Assembly: GCA_030041115.1 (NCBI GenBank)
Contig: JASHOM010000097.1
Span: 1 to 61,383 of the forward strand
Length of the DNA: 61,383 nt
Direction: 5' to 3'
From: Vulcanimicrobiota bacterium
GTDB taxonomy: Bacteria; Vulcanimicrobiota; Vulcanimicrobiia; Vulcanimicrobiales; Vulcanimicrobiaceae
Within the stretch, counting starts at the first letter, position 1. Every line of letters begins with the position of its first letter. The position numbers were made by a program, and so were the translations under genes. A model generated the notes under the pieces. The model was not told where the DNA came from. It saw nothing but the letters and a program-made list of their open reading frames with translations, and did no database searches. Below are positions 10,030 through 19,518 of this stretch, in pieces.

Positions 10030-11031
10030 ATGAGCAGGCCGACCTTTCGCCGCCACGCCCTCAGCTTGGGGGCGCTTTGCCTCATTCTTTCGGGTTGCGG
10101 AGGCTTTCAAGCACCGGCGGCGTCGCCGGCCGTGCCGCCGTCCTTTGCCGAGTTTCGCAACGGGACGATTCCCAAGCACCCGGATCGCGCAGCGTCGTGG
10201 ATTGCGCCGGCGACGCAGAAAGAGATCCTCTACCTTTCGGACGCCGGTGCCGACGCCGTCTATCTTTATGCATATCCTTCCGTACGCAGGATCGGGAAGC
10301 TGACCAATCTGCAGGATCCGTCGGGCCTCTGCACCGACGCGGCCGGCAACGTCTGGGTCGTTGAAACCGGCATTTCCCATATCGTCAAATACGCGCACGC
10401 CGGCACCAAGAAAATCGCAAACCTCACCGACTCCGGTTTTCACGATCTGCTGGGCTGCTCGGTCGATCCGACGACCGGCAATCTGGCGGTTGCGGATTTG
10501 GGCGATCCGACCGGAGGCGGCAACGTCGCGATTTATGCCGATGCCAAGGGAACGCCGAAGAGGTATAAATCGGCGGACCTGCAGGCCGCGTACTTCTGCG
10601 GGTACGACGACAGCGGCAATCTCTTCGTCGACGGCATTGACGCCGCCGGCGCGTTCTTGCTCCTCGAGCTGCCGGCGGCGAGCAGCTCGCTGCAAACGAT
10701 CGCGCTCGACCAAAGCGTCGGCTTCCCGGGCGGCATCGAATGGGACGGGCAGTACGTCGCCATCGGCGATCAGGCGTATCAGAGCGGAAACACCTCCGCG
10801 ATCTATCAAGTCTCGGTTTCAGGCTCGAACGCGACGGTGCACGGCACCACCGTGCTAACGGGCAGCTGCGACGTGCTGCAGTTCGGCATCTCGGGCGGCA
10901 CCGTGGGCGCGCCCGACGCTTGCTACAACACCGCGTCGCTTTACAGCTACCCGGCGGGAGGATCGCCGACCGATACGATCACGGGACTGCAATATCCCGT
11001 GGCCGCGGCGGTCAGCATCGCGGCGAAATGA
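10030..11031 (+). CDS. Beta-propeller lipoprotein, paralog A of the family repeated at 29481, 34828, 37562 and 39331
   Basis: MSRPTFRRHALSLGALCLILSGCGG (lipobox). Blocks shared with the paralogs: YLYAYPSVRRIGKLT, GLCTDAAGNVWVV, GCSVDPTTGNLAV, YFCGYDDSGNLFVDG, IEWDGQYVAI, YSYPAGG. Confidence 0.6.
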   Translation: MSRPTFRRHALSLGALCLILSGCGGFQAPAASPAVPPSFAEFRNGTIPKHPDRAASWIAPATQKEILYLSDAGADAVYLYAYPSVRRIGKLTNLQDPSGLCTDAAGNVWVVETGISHIVKYAHAGTKKIANLTDSGFHDLLGCSVDPTTGNLAVADLGDPTGGGNVAIYADAKGTPKRYKSADLQAAYFCGYDDSGNLFVDGIDAAGAFLLLELPAASSSLQTIALDQSVGFPGGIEWDGQYVAIGDQAYQSGNTSAIYQVSVSGSNATVHGTTVLTGSCDVLQFGISGGTVGAPDACYNTASLYSYPAGGSPTDTITGLQYPVAAAVSIAAK

Positions 11032-11040
11032 ACGGCGCGG

Positions 11041-11832
11041 TTATCCGAAGCGACCGGTGATGTAATCCTCGGTCCGGTGGTCGCCGGGCTTGGTGAAAAG
11101 CCGAGCGGTATCGTCGACTTCGACGAGTCGCCCGACGCCGGCCTCGTCGGCGAGCATGAACGCGGTGACGTCCGAGACGCGCGCAGCTTGCTGCATGTTG
11201 TGCGTTACTGCAACGATGGTGAACTCGTCGGCCAGCCGCGCCATCAGCTCTTCGATCACGGCGGTCGCGATCGGATCGAGCGACGCGGTCGGCTCGTCCA
11301 TCAACAAGACCTCCGGCTCGGCGGCTACGGCGCGCGCGATGCACAGCCGCTGCTGCTGCCCCCCTGACAGGCGCAAGGGGCTCGAGCGGAGCTTATCCTT
11401 CACCTCGTCCCAGAGCGCAGCCGCACGGAGCGCGCGCTCGGCGCAATCGAATCTCTGACGCCGGTTCAGGCCTCTGGCGGCGCAGACGAGCGTATTATCG
11501 AGGATCGAGAGCGTCGGAAACGGATTGGGGCGCTGGAAAACCATGCCGATCCGTCGGCGGATCGCCATCGGATCGACCGCGCCGGCGTAGATGTCCTGGC
11601 CGTCGAGCAGCACTCGTCCCTCGACTCGCGCGTCGAACCCGACCTCGTGGATTCGATTCAGGCAGCGGAGAAACGTCGTCTTGCCGCAGCCTGAAGGCCC
11701 GATCAAGGCGGTAACGGCTTTGCGCGTGAATGCGATCGACACGTCGCCGACCGCCTTTCTATCACCGTAATACGCGCTGAGCTCGTCGGTCGCGAGCAGC
11801 TCGTCGCGCTCCGCCGCGACGGCGGCGCTCAA
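11041..11832 (-). CDS. pstB: Phosphate ABC transporter ATP-binding protein
   Basis: [42 protein letters not shown]-like. Position follows pstA. Confidence 0.9.
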   Translation of the reverse strand: MSAAVAAERDELLATDELSAYYGDRKAVGDVSIAFTRKAVTALIGPSGCGKTTFLRCLNRIHEVGFDARVEGRVLLDGQDIYAGAVDPMAIRRRIGMVFQRPNPFPTLSILDNTLVCAARGLNRRQRFDCAERALRAAALWDEVKDKLRSSPLRLSGGQQQRLCIARAVAAEPEVLLMDEPTASLDPIATAVIEELMARLADEFTIVAVTHNMQQAARVSDVTAFMLADEAGVGRLVEVDDTARLFTKPGDHRTEDYITGRFG

Positions 11833-12698
11833 CTCTCGAGCCCTTGCATGGCACGGCGCAGCATCAATCGCGCGCCCAAACTCAACACCAAGACCGCAAC
11901 GATCAAGAGCAGCGCGCCGCCCCAGGCCTGTGCTTGCCAGTTGGGATAGGGTGAGATCGCATAGGTAAAGACCTGCAGCGCGAGCACGGCCATCGGGTTA
12001 TTCGGGTTCGTCTCCCAAAACTGGCTGCCGAAGGCCGTAAAGAGCAACGGGGCCGTTTCGCCCGTGACGCGCGCGATCGCCAGCAAGAGCGCGGTGATGA
12101 TGGCCGGCCGCGCCGTCGGCAGCACGATGCCGACGGTTGCTCGCAGATTGGACATGCCCAGCGCGAGCGCGCCTTCCCGAACGGTCTGCGGCACCGAGCG
12201 AATCGCCTGCTCCGACGTCCTTACGAGCAGCGGCAGCATCAGCATCATGAATGCAAACGACGCGGAGACGGCTGAAAAATGCTTGAGCGGCGCGACGAGC
12301 ACGGCGTAGGCGAAGAGCCCTATCGCGATGCTCGGCACGCCCGAGAGCACGTCGGAAAGAAAGCGCAGCGCCTCGGGGATCACGCCCCGGCCGAAGAGCG
12401 CCAAATAGATTCCGGTCAGCAGTCCGATCGGCACGGCCATCGCGGTCGCGATGGCGATGATGATGACCGTCCCGAGAATCCCGTTGCCGACGCCGCCGCC
12501 GGGGACGCCGACGGGATGCGGCAGCGCGGTGAGAAAGGACCAGTTGATCGCGCCGGCTCCCTGCACGATCACGTAACCGAGAATCGCCAGCAGCGCGCCC
12601 GCCGCTAGAAGCGCGCACAGCAAGGCCAGGGCCGTGCCGAGCGACCCGTAGACGCGGCGCCGGCGCAGGCGTCGCTGCCCCAATGCGGCGACGGTCAC
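11829..12698 (-). CDS. pstA: Phosphate ABC transporter permease
   Basis: The GTG start overlaps the pstC stop (GTGA at 12695-12698). Permease with the EAA-loop-like motif [20 protein letters not shown]. The 393-aa ORF in the track is over-extended. Confidence 0.85.
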   Translation of the reverse strand: MTVAALGQRRLRRRRVYGSLGTALALLCALLAAGALLAILGYVIVQGAGAINWSFLTALPHPVGVPGGGVGNGILGTVIIIAIATAMAVPIGLLTGIYLALFGRGVIPEALRFLSDVLSGVPSIAIGLFAYAVLVAPLKHFSAVSASFAFMMLMLPLLVRTSEQAIRSVPQTVREGALALGMSNLRATVGIVLPTARPAIITALLLAIARVTGETAPLLFTAFGSQFWETNPNNPMAVLALQVFTYAISPYPNWQAQAWGGALLLIVAVLVLSLGARLMLRRAMQGLES

Positions 12699-13633
12699 GT
12701 CGACCCCCGGACGCTCCAAATCATCAGCCGCGCAAGCGCGTTGACGACGATGCTCACCACGAAGAGAATCAAACCAAGCTCGATGAGCGCGCTGATGTAG
12801 ATGCTCGTCGTCGCTTCGGTAAACTCGTTGGCGATCACGCTGGCCAGCGTATAGGACGGAGCGAAGAGCGACGCCGAAATTTCCGGGCGGTTTCCGATGA
12901 CCATCGTTACCGCGATCGTCTCGCCCAACGCTCGCCCCAGTCCCAGCACGCACGACCCGAAAATGCCGACGCGCGCGGCCGGAAGCACGACTCGCGTCGC
13001 GGTTTCCCATTTCGTCGCGCCCAATGCCATCGAGGCCTCGCGCAGATCGCGCGAAATCGCCGCAACGACGTCACGCGAGATCGCGGTGACGGTCGGAACG
13101 ATCATCAGCGCAAGAATTATCCCGGCGGTGAGCAGGCCGACGCCGTAGACCGGTCCCGAGAAGAGCGGCGTCCAGCCGAGCACTTTTTGTACGGCCGGGC
13201 CGATCGCCGTTCGCACGAACGGGGCCAGGACGAAGAGTCCCCACAGACCGTAGACGACGCTGGGTACCGCCGCAAGCAACTCGATCAGGAACGACAGCGG
13301 CGCCGAGAGCCAACGCGGCGCGAAGTCGGCGAGAAAGACCGCGGCCATGATCCCGATGACCGCCGCAAGCACGATCGCGATCAACGAGGTTACGACGGTT
13401 CCATAGATCATCGGCAGCGCGCCGAAGTTGCTCGTGATCGGATCCCACGAGCTCTTCCAAATGAACGACGGCCCGAACGCCGCGATCGATGGCCACGACC
13501 CGAGGACCAGCTCGATGAAAAGACCGATGATCAGCAGCGCAAACAGGATGCTGCCGCCGTAGACGACCGCGGCAAAGCCGCGGTCGGCCGGACTGACGAA
13601 GCGCGCTACCCGCCGAAAGCGCGGCTGAACCAT
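12695..13633 (-). CDS. pstC: Phosphate ABC transporter permease
   Basis: 312-aa multi-TM protein with REASMALGATKWET. Position lies between pstS and pstA. Confidence 0.85.
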   Translation of the reverse strand: MVQPRFRRVARFVSPADRGFAAVVYGGSILFALLIIGLFIELVLGSWPSIAAFGPSFIWKSSWDPITSNFGALPMIYGTVVTSLIAIVLAAVIGIMAAVFLADFAPRWLSAPLSFLIELLAAVPSVVYGLWGLFVLAPFVRTAIGPAVQKVLGWTPLFSGPVYGVGLLTAGIILALMIVPTVTAISRDVVAAISRDLREASMALGATKWETATRVVLPAARVGIFGSCVLGLGRALGETIAVTMVIGNRPEISASLFAPSYTLASVIANEFTEATTSIYISALIELGLILFVVSIVVNALARLMIWSVRGST

Positions 13634-13649
13634 TGCCGTCCTGAGCCCG

Positions 13650-14678
13650 TCAGCGCTGCATCTGGTTGAGCGTTGCTTGGGCCGTGGCTTGGACGTTGCG
13701 CGGTAACGGCACGTAGTCGACGGACTTGGCGTTTTCTTGTCCTTGAGGTCCGGCCAGCCACGACAGCGCGCCGTAGAGGATCTTCGCGCGATTTCGGTCG
13801 CTCTGATTCTTGTAGATCACGACCCACGAGTAGCCTGAGATCGGGTACGAGCTTGCCCCTCCTGAGTCGACGATCGAAAAGTTCGTCGCGCTGACTTCCG
13901 GCTTCGTGGCGGCCGCCGCGGCCACGGTTTCGGTGGTGCAGGCCACCCATTTGCCCGCGCGATTCTGCAGCAGCGCCGCCGGCATGTGATTCTCGATCAC
14001 GTAGGCCAGCTCGACGTACCCGATCGCTCCGGGCGTGCTGCGCACCTGTCCCGCCACGCCCTCATTGCCCTTGGCGCCCACTGCGCTTGGCGCCGGCCAC
14101 GAAACGCTCTTGCCGGTTCCCACCTTGCTCTTCCATTCCGGCGAAACGTGACTGAGGAAATCGGAAAAGATGTAGCTGGTGCCGGATCCGTCGGAACGGT
14201 GGACGACGACGATCGACATGTCGGGCAGATTCATGGCGCGATTGACCTTGGCGATCGCCGGATCGTTCCACTTGAGGATTTTTCCGAGGTAGATCCCGGC
14301 CACCACCTCGCGGGTCAGCCGCAGCGTCCCGCTCACTCCGGGTAAATTATAAGCGATCGCCGCGCCGCCGAGCGTAACCGGAACTTGCAGCACCGGCGCG
14401 CTTGCGCGCGCCAGCTCTTCGGCGTTCATCGGCACGTCCGTCGCGCCGAAGTCGACGTTACGAGCGGTGAACTGCTGAATTCCGCCGCCGCTGCCGATCG
14501 ATTGGTAGTTGACGGTCACGTCCGGATTCTTCTGATTGTAGATGTAGAAAGCTTTGGAGAAGAACGGATAGTCGAAGCTCGAGCCGGCGCCCGTCAGTTG
14601 CGTGGCGGCGGCGGCCGGGACCGTGAGCGCGACCGCCGCAGCGGCCATCGTCAGGCAACGAAGGAGGGATACCTTCAC
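13650..14678 (-). CDS. pstS: Phosphate ABC transporter substrate-binding protein
   Basis: Signal peptide, then TGAGSSFDYPFFSKAF...YQSIGSGGGIQQF...RSDGSGTSYIF, the PstS signature. GTG start with GAGGAGCG upstream. Confidence 0.9.
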   Translation of the reverse strand: MKVSLLRCLTMAAAAVALTVPAAAATQLTGAGSSFDYPFFSKAFYIYNQKNPDVTVNYQSIGSGGGIQQFTARNVDFGATDVPMNAEELARASAPVLQVPVTLGGAAIAYNLPGVSGTLRLTREVVAGIYLGKILKWNDPAIAKVNRAMNLPDMSIVVVHRSDGSGTSYIFSDFLSHVSPEWKSKVGTGKSVSWPAPSAVGAKGNEGVAGQVRSTPGAIGYVELAYVIENHMPAALLQNRAGKWVACTTETVAAAAATKPEVSATNFSIVDSGGASSYPISGYSWVVIYKNQSDRNRAKILYGALSWLAGPQGQENAKSVDYVPLPRNVQATAQATLNQMQR

Positions 14679-14715
14679 AAAACGCTCCTCAAATTGACGT
14701 GGGGTATTTTCTAGT

Positions 14716-14747
14716 TTTAAGCCAGCACGATTAACCCCAGGTTAAGG
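14716..14747. promoter_or_regulatory. Candidate operator / Pho-box-like element in the divergent pstS-thrS intergenic region
   Basis: Contains the perfect palindrome TTAACC-CCA-GGTTAA (14731-14745). On the pstS strand there are TTAACC / TTAATC / TTAAAA hexamers, the first two 11 nt apart. Confidence 0.3.
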
Positions 14748-14778
14748 CGCGACGGATGACCGTGAGCGGAGTCGACGG

Positions 14779-16542
14779 GTGGCGAGCCGAAGCCGCCGCC
14801 CCATGATTGCCGACGCCGGGGTTGACGATCGGCGGCCTTCGCTTGCCGAGCTGCGCCATACGGCCGCGCACGTGCTCGCCTACGCCGTCGCGGATCTCTT
14901 CCCGGACGCCAAACCGACCATCGGTCCGGCAATCGAGAACGGCTTCTATTACGACTTCGATCGCGGGGAGGCGTTCACGCCCGAGGACCTCGAGCGGCTG
15001 GAGCGGCGCATGAGCGAGATCGTGGCGGCCGACTACCCGATGGCCGGGCGCGAAGTCACCCGGCGGGAAGCGATCGCCGCGTTCGACGCAAACCCCTATA
15101 AGCTCGAAATCGCCCGGGAAATCCCCGACGGCGAGCCGATCACGCTCTACACGATCGGCGAGTTTACCGACCTCTGCCGGGGGGGCCACGCCGAGTCGAC
15201 GGGCGCGATCGGGGCTTTCAAGCTCACCAGCGTGGCCGGCGCCTACTGGCGTGGTGACGAGCACAGGCCCATGCTCCAGCGGATCTACGGCACCGCCTGG
15301 TACGACCAGGCGCAGCTCGCCCAGTATCTGGCACGCCTCGAGGAGGCGCAACGGCGAGACCACCGGCGGCTGGGGGTCGAGCTGGACCTCTTTTCGATTG
15401 AAGAGGCCGCCGGGGGCGGTCTCGTCTTCTGGCACCCCAAGGGCGCGATCGTCCGGGGCCTGATCGAGGACTTCATCCGGGAGGGCCTGCGCGAGCGCGG
15501 GTACCAGCCGGTCGTAACCCCGCACGTGGTCAGTGAGCGTCTATACGAAATCTCAGGACATCTTGAGAACTTTAGGGAGAATATGTTCGGTCCGCTCGAT
15601 GCCGAGGGCCAGCGCTTCCGTCTCAAGCCCATGAACTGCCCTGGGCATATCCTTATCTATCAGAGCCGGCTGCGCAGCTATCGCGACCTGCCGCTGCGCC
15701 TTTCCGAGTTCGGGACGGTCTATCGCTTCGAGCGTTCCGGAGTGCTGCACGGACTCACCCGCGTACGCGGCTTTACGCAAGACGACGCACATCTGTTCTG
15801 CACGCCCGAGCAAGTCCAGCACGAGTTCGAGCAGACCGTCGACGAGGCTCGCCGGCTGATGAGCGCCTTCGGCTTCGCCGAGTTTGCATACGTGCTCTCG
15901 ACTCGGGCGCAGAAGGACCGGACCGAAACCGACGAGGTCGCCGAAGCGGCGATCCGCAAAGCGCTGGAACGCTACGGCATGTCCTATGAGGTCGATGAAG
16001 GCGGCGGTGCGTTTTACGGCCCCAAGCTCGACATCAACGTGCGCGACGCCATCGGCCGCTCGTGGCAACTCGGAACCGTGCAGGTGGACTTTCTCTTGCC
16101 CGCCCGGTTTGGATTAAAATATCGCGCGGCCGACGGACAGGATCCGCGTCCCGTGATGATCCACCGGGCACTTGCCGGTTCGCTGGAGCGTTTCTTCGGC
16201 ATACTGATCGAACATTACGGAGGAGCGTTCCCGGCCTGGTTGGCACCGATTCAGGTCGTGGTCGCGCCCATCGCCGAGCAGCAAGCAAGCTACGCAAGCG
16301 AGGTCGTCACTCGACTACGGGCAGCGGGCTTTCGGGCGCAGGTCGACGAAAGCAACGAGAAGCTCGGGTACAAGATCCGGCACTGGAAAACCCAAAAAGT
16401 TCCGTACATTTTAGTAGCGGGCAAACAAGAGGTTTCGGACGGCACGGTGAACGTCAATCAGCGTGGCCGCGACGAGAAACGGACCGTTTCAGTCGAGTCC
16501 TTCGTCGATGAGCTACACAAAACGGTTGAGGCGAAGCTATAA
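14779..16542 (+). CDS. thrS: Threonine--tRNA ligase lacking the N-terminal TGS domain
   Basis: Editing-domain motif LRHTAAHVLAYAV lies ~30 aa from the N-terminus. Class II core: FRLKPMNCPGH, YRFERSG, RGFTQDDAH, plus an anticodon-binding domain. An alternative ATG lies at 14803. Confidence 0.9.
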   Translation: MASRSRRPMIADAGVDDRRPSLAELRHTAAHVLAYAVADLFPDAKPTIGPAIENGFYYDFDRGEAFTPEDLERLERRMSEIVAADYPMAGREVTRREAIAAFDANPYKLEIAREIPDGEPITLYTIGEFTDLCRGGHAESTGAIGAFKLTSVAGAYWRGDEHRPMLQRIYGTAWYDQAQLAQYLARLEEAQRRDHRRLGVELDLFSIEEAAGGGLVFWHPKGAIVRGLIEDFIREGLRERGYQPVVTPHVVSERLYEISGHLENFRENMFGPLDAEGQRFRLKPMNCPGHILIYQSRLRSYRDLPLRLSEFGTVYRFERSGVLHGLTRVRGFTQDDAHLFCTPEQVQHEFEQTVDEARRLMSAFGFAEFAYVLSTRAQKDRTETDEVAEAAIRKALERYGMSYEVDEGGGAFYGPKLDINVRDAIGRSWQLGTVQVDFLLPARFGLKYRAADGQDPRPVMIHRALAGSLERFFGILIEHYGGAFPAWLAPIQVVVAPIAEQQASYASEVVTRLRAAGFRAQVDESNEKLGYKIRHWKTQKVPYILVAGKQEVSDGTVNVNQRGRDEKRTVSVESFVDELHKTVEAKL

Positions 16543-16544
16543 CG

Positions 16545-17498
16545 ATGAGGTTTGACGCTCGAGTAGTTTTTGCCGCGTCAGCACTGATATTGGGCTCGTG
16601 CCAAGGCGCGGGCTTCGATAGCGGCATGGGCGGCGACATGTCGCCGCCGGTTTCCAACCCGGGCTCGATGGCCGGCGGCATGCCGGGCGTCGGCGGCATG
16701 GGAAACAACGGCGGCATGGGTAATCAGATCGCCGGGCCCAACGTCGGCATGAACGGCCAGGAAGAGCTGGCGAATCCCGGCGCGACGCTCGCGCCCAACG
16801 AAGCGCAGTATCCGATCGCGCAAGGCCCCACCGGCATGAAGTGCCCGCAAGTACTCGAATTCAGTCAGCCCTACAACTGCACGCTGGCCTTCAACATTCC
16901 GACGCCGTCGCCGGCGCCCAGCGGCTCACCGGGTGCCAAGAGCACGGCCACGCCGACGGCAAGCCCGACGCCGACTCCCAAACCAACGGCTTCGTCCGAC
17001 GATAGCGACGACAGCGACGACGACGACAGCAGCGACTCGCCGACGCCCACGCCCACGCCCGCCGGCATGATGACGATGCTCATGGAGCCCTTGCCGCACG
17101 ACGTGCCGAACATGACCAACCCGAATCCGCTCTTGATGCACGTCACGCCGTTGGTCGCGATCCGTCTGCAGAGCAACATGTCGTTCGAGCTCAACGGCCA
17201 AGCGACGGTGCAGTACACGCTGCCGCAGATACAGTTCACCGGTCGCGTATTCGCGCTGCAGCTCTATAACGAATCGGTCCTGCGCGGGAAGCGTTTCGAT
17301 CAGTTCATCGCGACGTACTCGAAGTTTCAAACGCCGCAGAGCAACACCGTGCAGTTCCAGTTCAGCGTTCCCAAGGTCAGCGTGCGCCCGAACCAGATTT
17401 GGCTGCTCGCCATGTACGGCGCACAGCTTCCACCCGGCACGACGCCGACGCCGTCTCCAACTCCCTCGCCGTCCACCTCTCCCAGCTCATCGCCCTAG
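16545..17498 (+). CDS. Low-complexity lipoprotein (hypothetical)
   Basis: Lipobox ALILGSC. Met/Gly-rich stretch GGMPGVGGMGNNGGMGNQ, PT-rich linkers and the acidic run SSDDSDDSDDDDSSDS. Confidence 0.5.
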   Translation: MRFDARVVFAASALILGSCQGAGFDSGMGGDMSPPVSNPGSMAGGMPGVGGMGNNGGMGNQIAGPNVGMNGQEELANPGATLAPNEAQYPIAQGPTGMKCPQVLEFSQPYNCTLAFNIPTPSPAPSGSPGAKSTATPTASPTPTPKPTASSDDSDDSDDDDSSDSPTPTPTPAGMMTMLMEPLPHDVPNMTNPNPLLMHVTPLVAIRLQSNMSFELNGQATVQYTLPQIQFTGRVFALQLYNESVLRGKRFDQFIATYSKFQTPQSNTVQFQFSVPKVSVRPNQIWLLAMYGAQLPPGTTPTPSPTPSPSTSPSSSP

Positions 17499-17528
17499 AG
17501 CAGCGGGCGCCGCTCTAGCTGTCGTGGC

Positions 17529-18818
17529 GTGACGGCCGCAGCCCGCCGAACGTTCAGCGCGAGCTTCCTGGGCTGGATGCTCGACGCGTTCGACTTCCTG
17601 CTGCTGACCTTCGTCATTACGCGGATCGCGACCACCTTCAACCGGACCGTCGCCGAAGTGACGGTCGCGCTCACGCTGACGTTGGCTTGCCGCCCCATCG
17701 GGGCGCTGCTGTTCGGTTGGCTCGGCGACCGCTACGGCCGGCGCGCGCCGCTCATGGCCGACATCGGCTTTTACTCCCTCATCCAACTGCTTACGGCATT
17801 CTCGCCGAACTTCACGGTTTTTTTAGTGCTGCGCGCGCTCTACGGCGTCGCGATGGGCGGCGAGTGGGGGCTCGGGGCCGCGCTGACGATGGAATCCGTC
17901 GAACCGGGGCGCCGCGGGGCCGTCGGCGGCGTGCTCCAAAGCGGCTACATGTTCGGCTTTCTGCTCGCCGCCGCCACGTATTACGCCGTGTTCACCTTCA
18001 CGCACTGGGATTGGCGCGCGCTCTTCATCATCGGAACGCTCCCCGCGCTGCTCATTCTCTACATTCGCTCGGGCGTTCCGGAATCGCCCGCGTGGCTCGC
18101 CGGCCGCGCGCAACGTATCGGCACCACCCCGAATTTCTTATTGAAAAGCTTCGCCGCGCACTGGCCCCTGTTCATTTACGCGATCGCGTTCATGGCGTCG
18201 CTCAACGGCATGTCGCACGGCACGCAAGACCTGTACGCAACCTTCTTGCAGAAGCAGCACCGCTTTTCGCCCGGCTCGACGACGCTGCTCGCCATGACCG
18301 GCGCCGTCGGCGCGATCGCCGGCTGCGCGATCTTCGGGACGTTCTCCGAGCGCTTCGGCCGCCGCCGGATGGTCATGGTTGCCGCGGCGTTCGCGCTGTG
18401 CATGATCCCGCTCTGGGCGTTCGGCCAAACCGTTGCGTCGTTGGCGACGGGGGTCTTCTTCATCCAACTGGGAGTGCAGGGATGCTGGGGCGTGATCCCG
18501 GCCCATCTCAACGAGCTCTCACCCTCCGACGTGCGTGGAACGTTTCCGGGCTTTACGTATCAACTCGGCAATTTGGTCGCCGCGGGCGTCCCGCAGCTCG
18601 AAGCGCTGCTTGCGTCAAAGATTCCCCTGCCGAGCGGCGAGCCGAATTACGGAGGCGCGCTCGCCCTCGTCGCGGCAGCCGTGCTCGCGGCCGGTTTTCT
18701 GCTCGCCGCATTCGGTTATCTCGTTCGCAAAGAGACGCGCGGCGTCGCCTTCACGACCGCCTCAACCGCCGCCCTTACTCACCCGGCGTTCGCCGCAGAC
18801 GTTGACGCAGATGGGTGA
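17529..18818 (+). CDS. MFS transporter (metabolite:H+ symporter-like)
   Basis: 12-TM-like pattern with FGWLGDRYGRRAPLM (MFS motif A). Confidence 0.8.
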   Translation: MTAAARRTFSASFLGWMLDAFDFLLLTFVITRIATTFNRTVAEVTVALTLTLACRPIGALLFGWLGDRYGRRAPLMADIGFYSLIQLLTAFSPNFTVFLVLRALYGVAMGGEWGLGAALTMESVEPGRRGAVGGVLQSGYMFGFLLAAATYYAVFTFTHWDWRALFIIGTLPALLILYIRSGVPESPAWLAGRAQRIGTTPNFLLKSFAAHWPLFIYAIAFMASLNGMSHGTQDLYATFLQKQHRFSPGSTTLLAMTGAVGAIAGCAIFGTFSERFGRRRMVMVAAAFALCMIPLWAFGQTVASLATGVFFIQLGVQGCWGVIPAHLNELSPSDVRGTFPGFTYQLGNLVAAGVPQLEALLASKIPLPSGEPNYGGALALVAAAVLAAGFLLAAFGYLVRKETRGVAFTTASTAALTHPAFAADVDADG

Positions 18819-19518
18819 CGGCCTGTGCGTGGATCTGCGAGACGCGCGACTCGGAAACCGCCAGATCTATTTTGATCTCCTTGAGCGTCTCGCCGTTGAA
18901 ATAGTAGCGCCGTATCACTGCCCGTTCCTGGGCCGGAAGCGAATCGACGGCGAGAATCAGCTCTTCGCGCATTTCGTCACGCTCGATCTCGCCGGCCACG
19001 TCGCCGCCGGCGTCTTCCAACGTATCGCTAACGAACAGCTCGTGATCGCCGGCGCTGGATAGCGGCTCCTCCAGCGAGATCACGCTCGTGCCGCGCAAAC
19101 GCTGCCGAATCCGATCGAGCTCGCGCGGCGAGAGGTTGAGCCGCCGGGCGAGCTCCTCTTCGCTGGGGTCGCGCCCCAGCTCGGATTCCAGTTGTTCGTG
19201 CGCGCGTTCGATCTCGCGCCCTCGCTGCCGAACGGTTCTCGGCACCCAGTCGAGGGTACGGAGCGCGTCGAGAATTGCGCCGTTGATTCGCGTGATGGCG
19301 TAGGTTTCGAACTTCACCGCCCGGGATTCGTCGTATTTTTCCAGCGCGTCGATCAAACCGAACACGCCGTCGTGAATAAGGTCGTTGATGTCGACGTTCG
19401 CGGGCAAATGGACGGAAAGCCGCCCGGCGACGTACTTGACGAGATGCAAGTACTTGTGGATGTTCTCTTCGCGCGACAGTGCGATTTCAGCCGCGCGACG
19501 CGAACGTTCGGAATCCAA
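18775..19518 (-). CDS. FliA/WhiG-family (sigma-28 type) RNA polymerase sigma factor
   Basis: LVKYVAGRL...DLIHDGVFGLIDALEKYD...FETYAITRINGAILDALR (regions 2-3) and LKEIKIDLAVSESRVSQIHAQAV (region 4). Confidence 0.8.
   Translation of the reverse strand: MDSERSRRAAEIALSREENIHKYLHLVKYVAGRLSVHLPANVDINDLIHDGVFGLIDALEKYDESRAVKFETYAITRINGAILDALRTLDWVPRTVRQRGREIERAHEQLESELGRDPSEEELARRLNLSPRELDRIRQRLRGTSVISLEEPLSSAGDHELFVSDTLEDAGGDVAGEIERDEMREELILAVDSLPAQERAVIRRYYFNGETLKEIKIDLAVSESRVSQIHAQAVTHLRQRLRRTPGE

Noticed and set aside
12683-13669. 328-aa plus-strand ORF, extremely Arg/Asp/Glu-rich
   Set aside because: Antisense to pstC. Composition artefact of GC-rich DNA.
14731-15525. 264-aa minus-strand ORF
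   Set aside because: Antisense to thrS. Shadow ORF.
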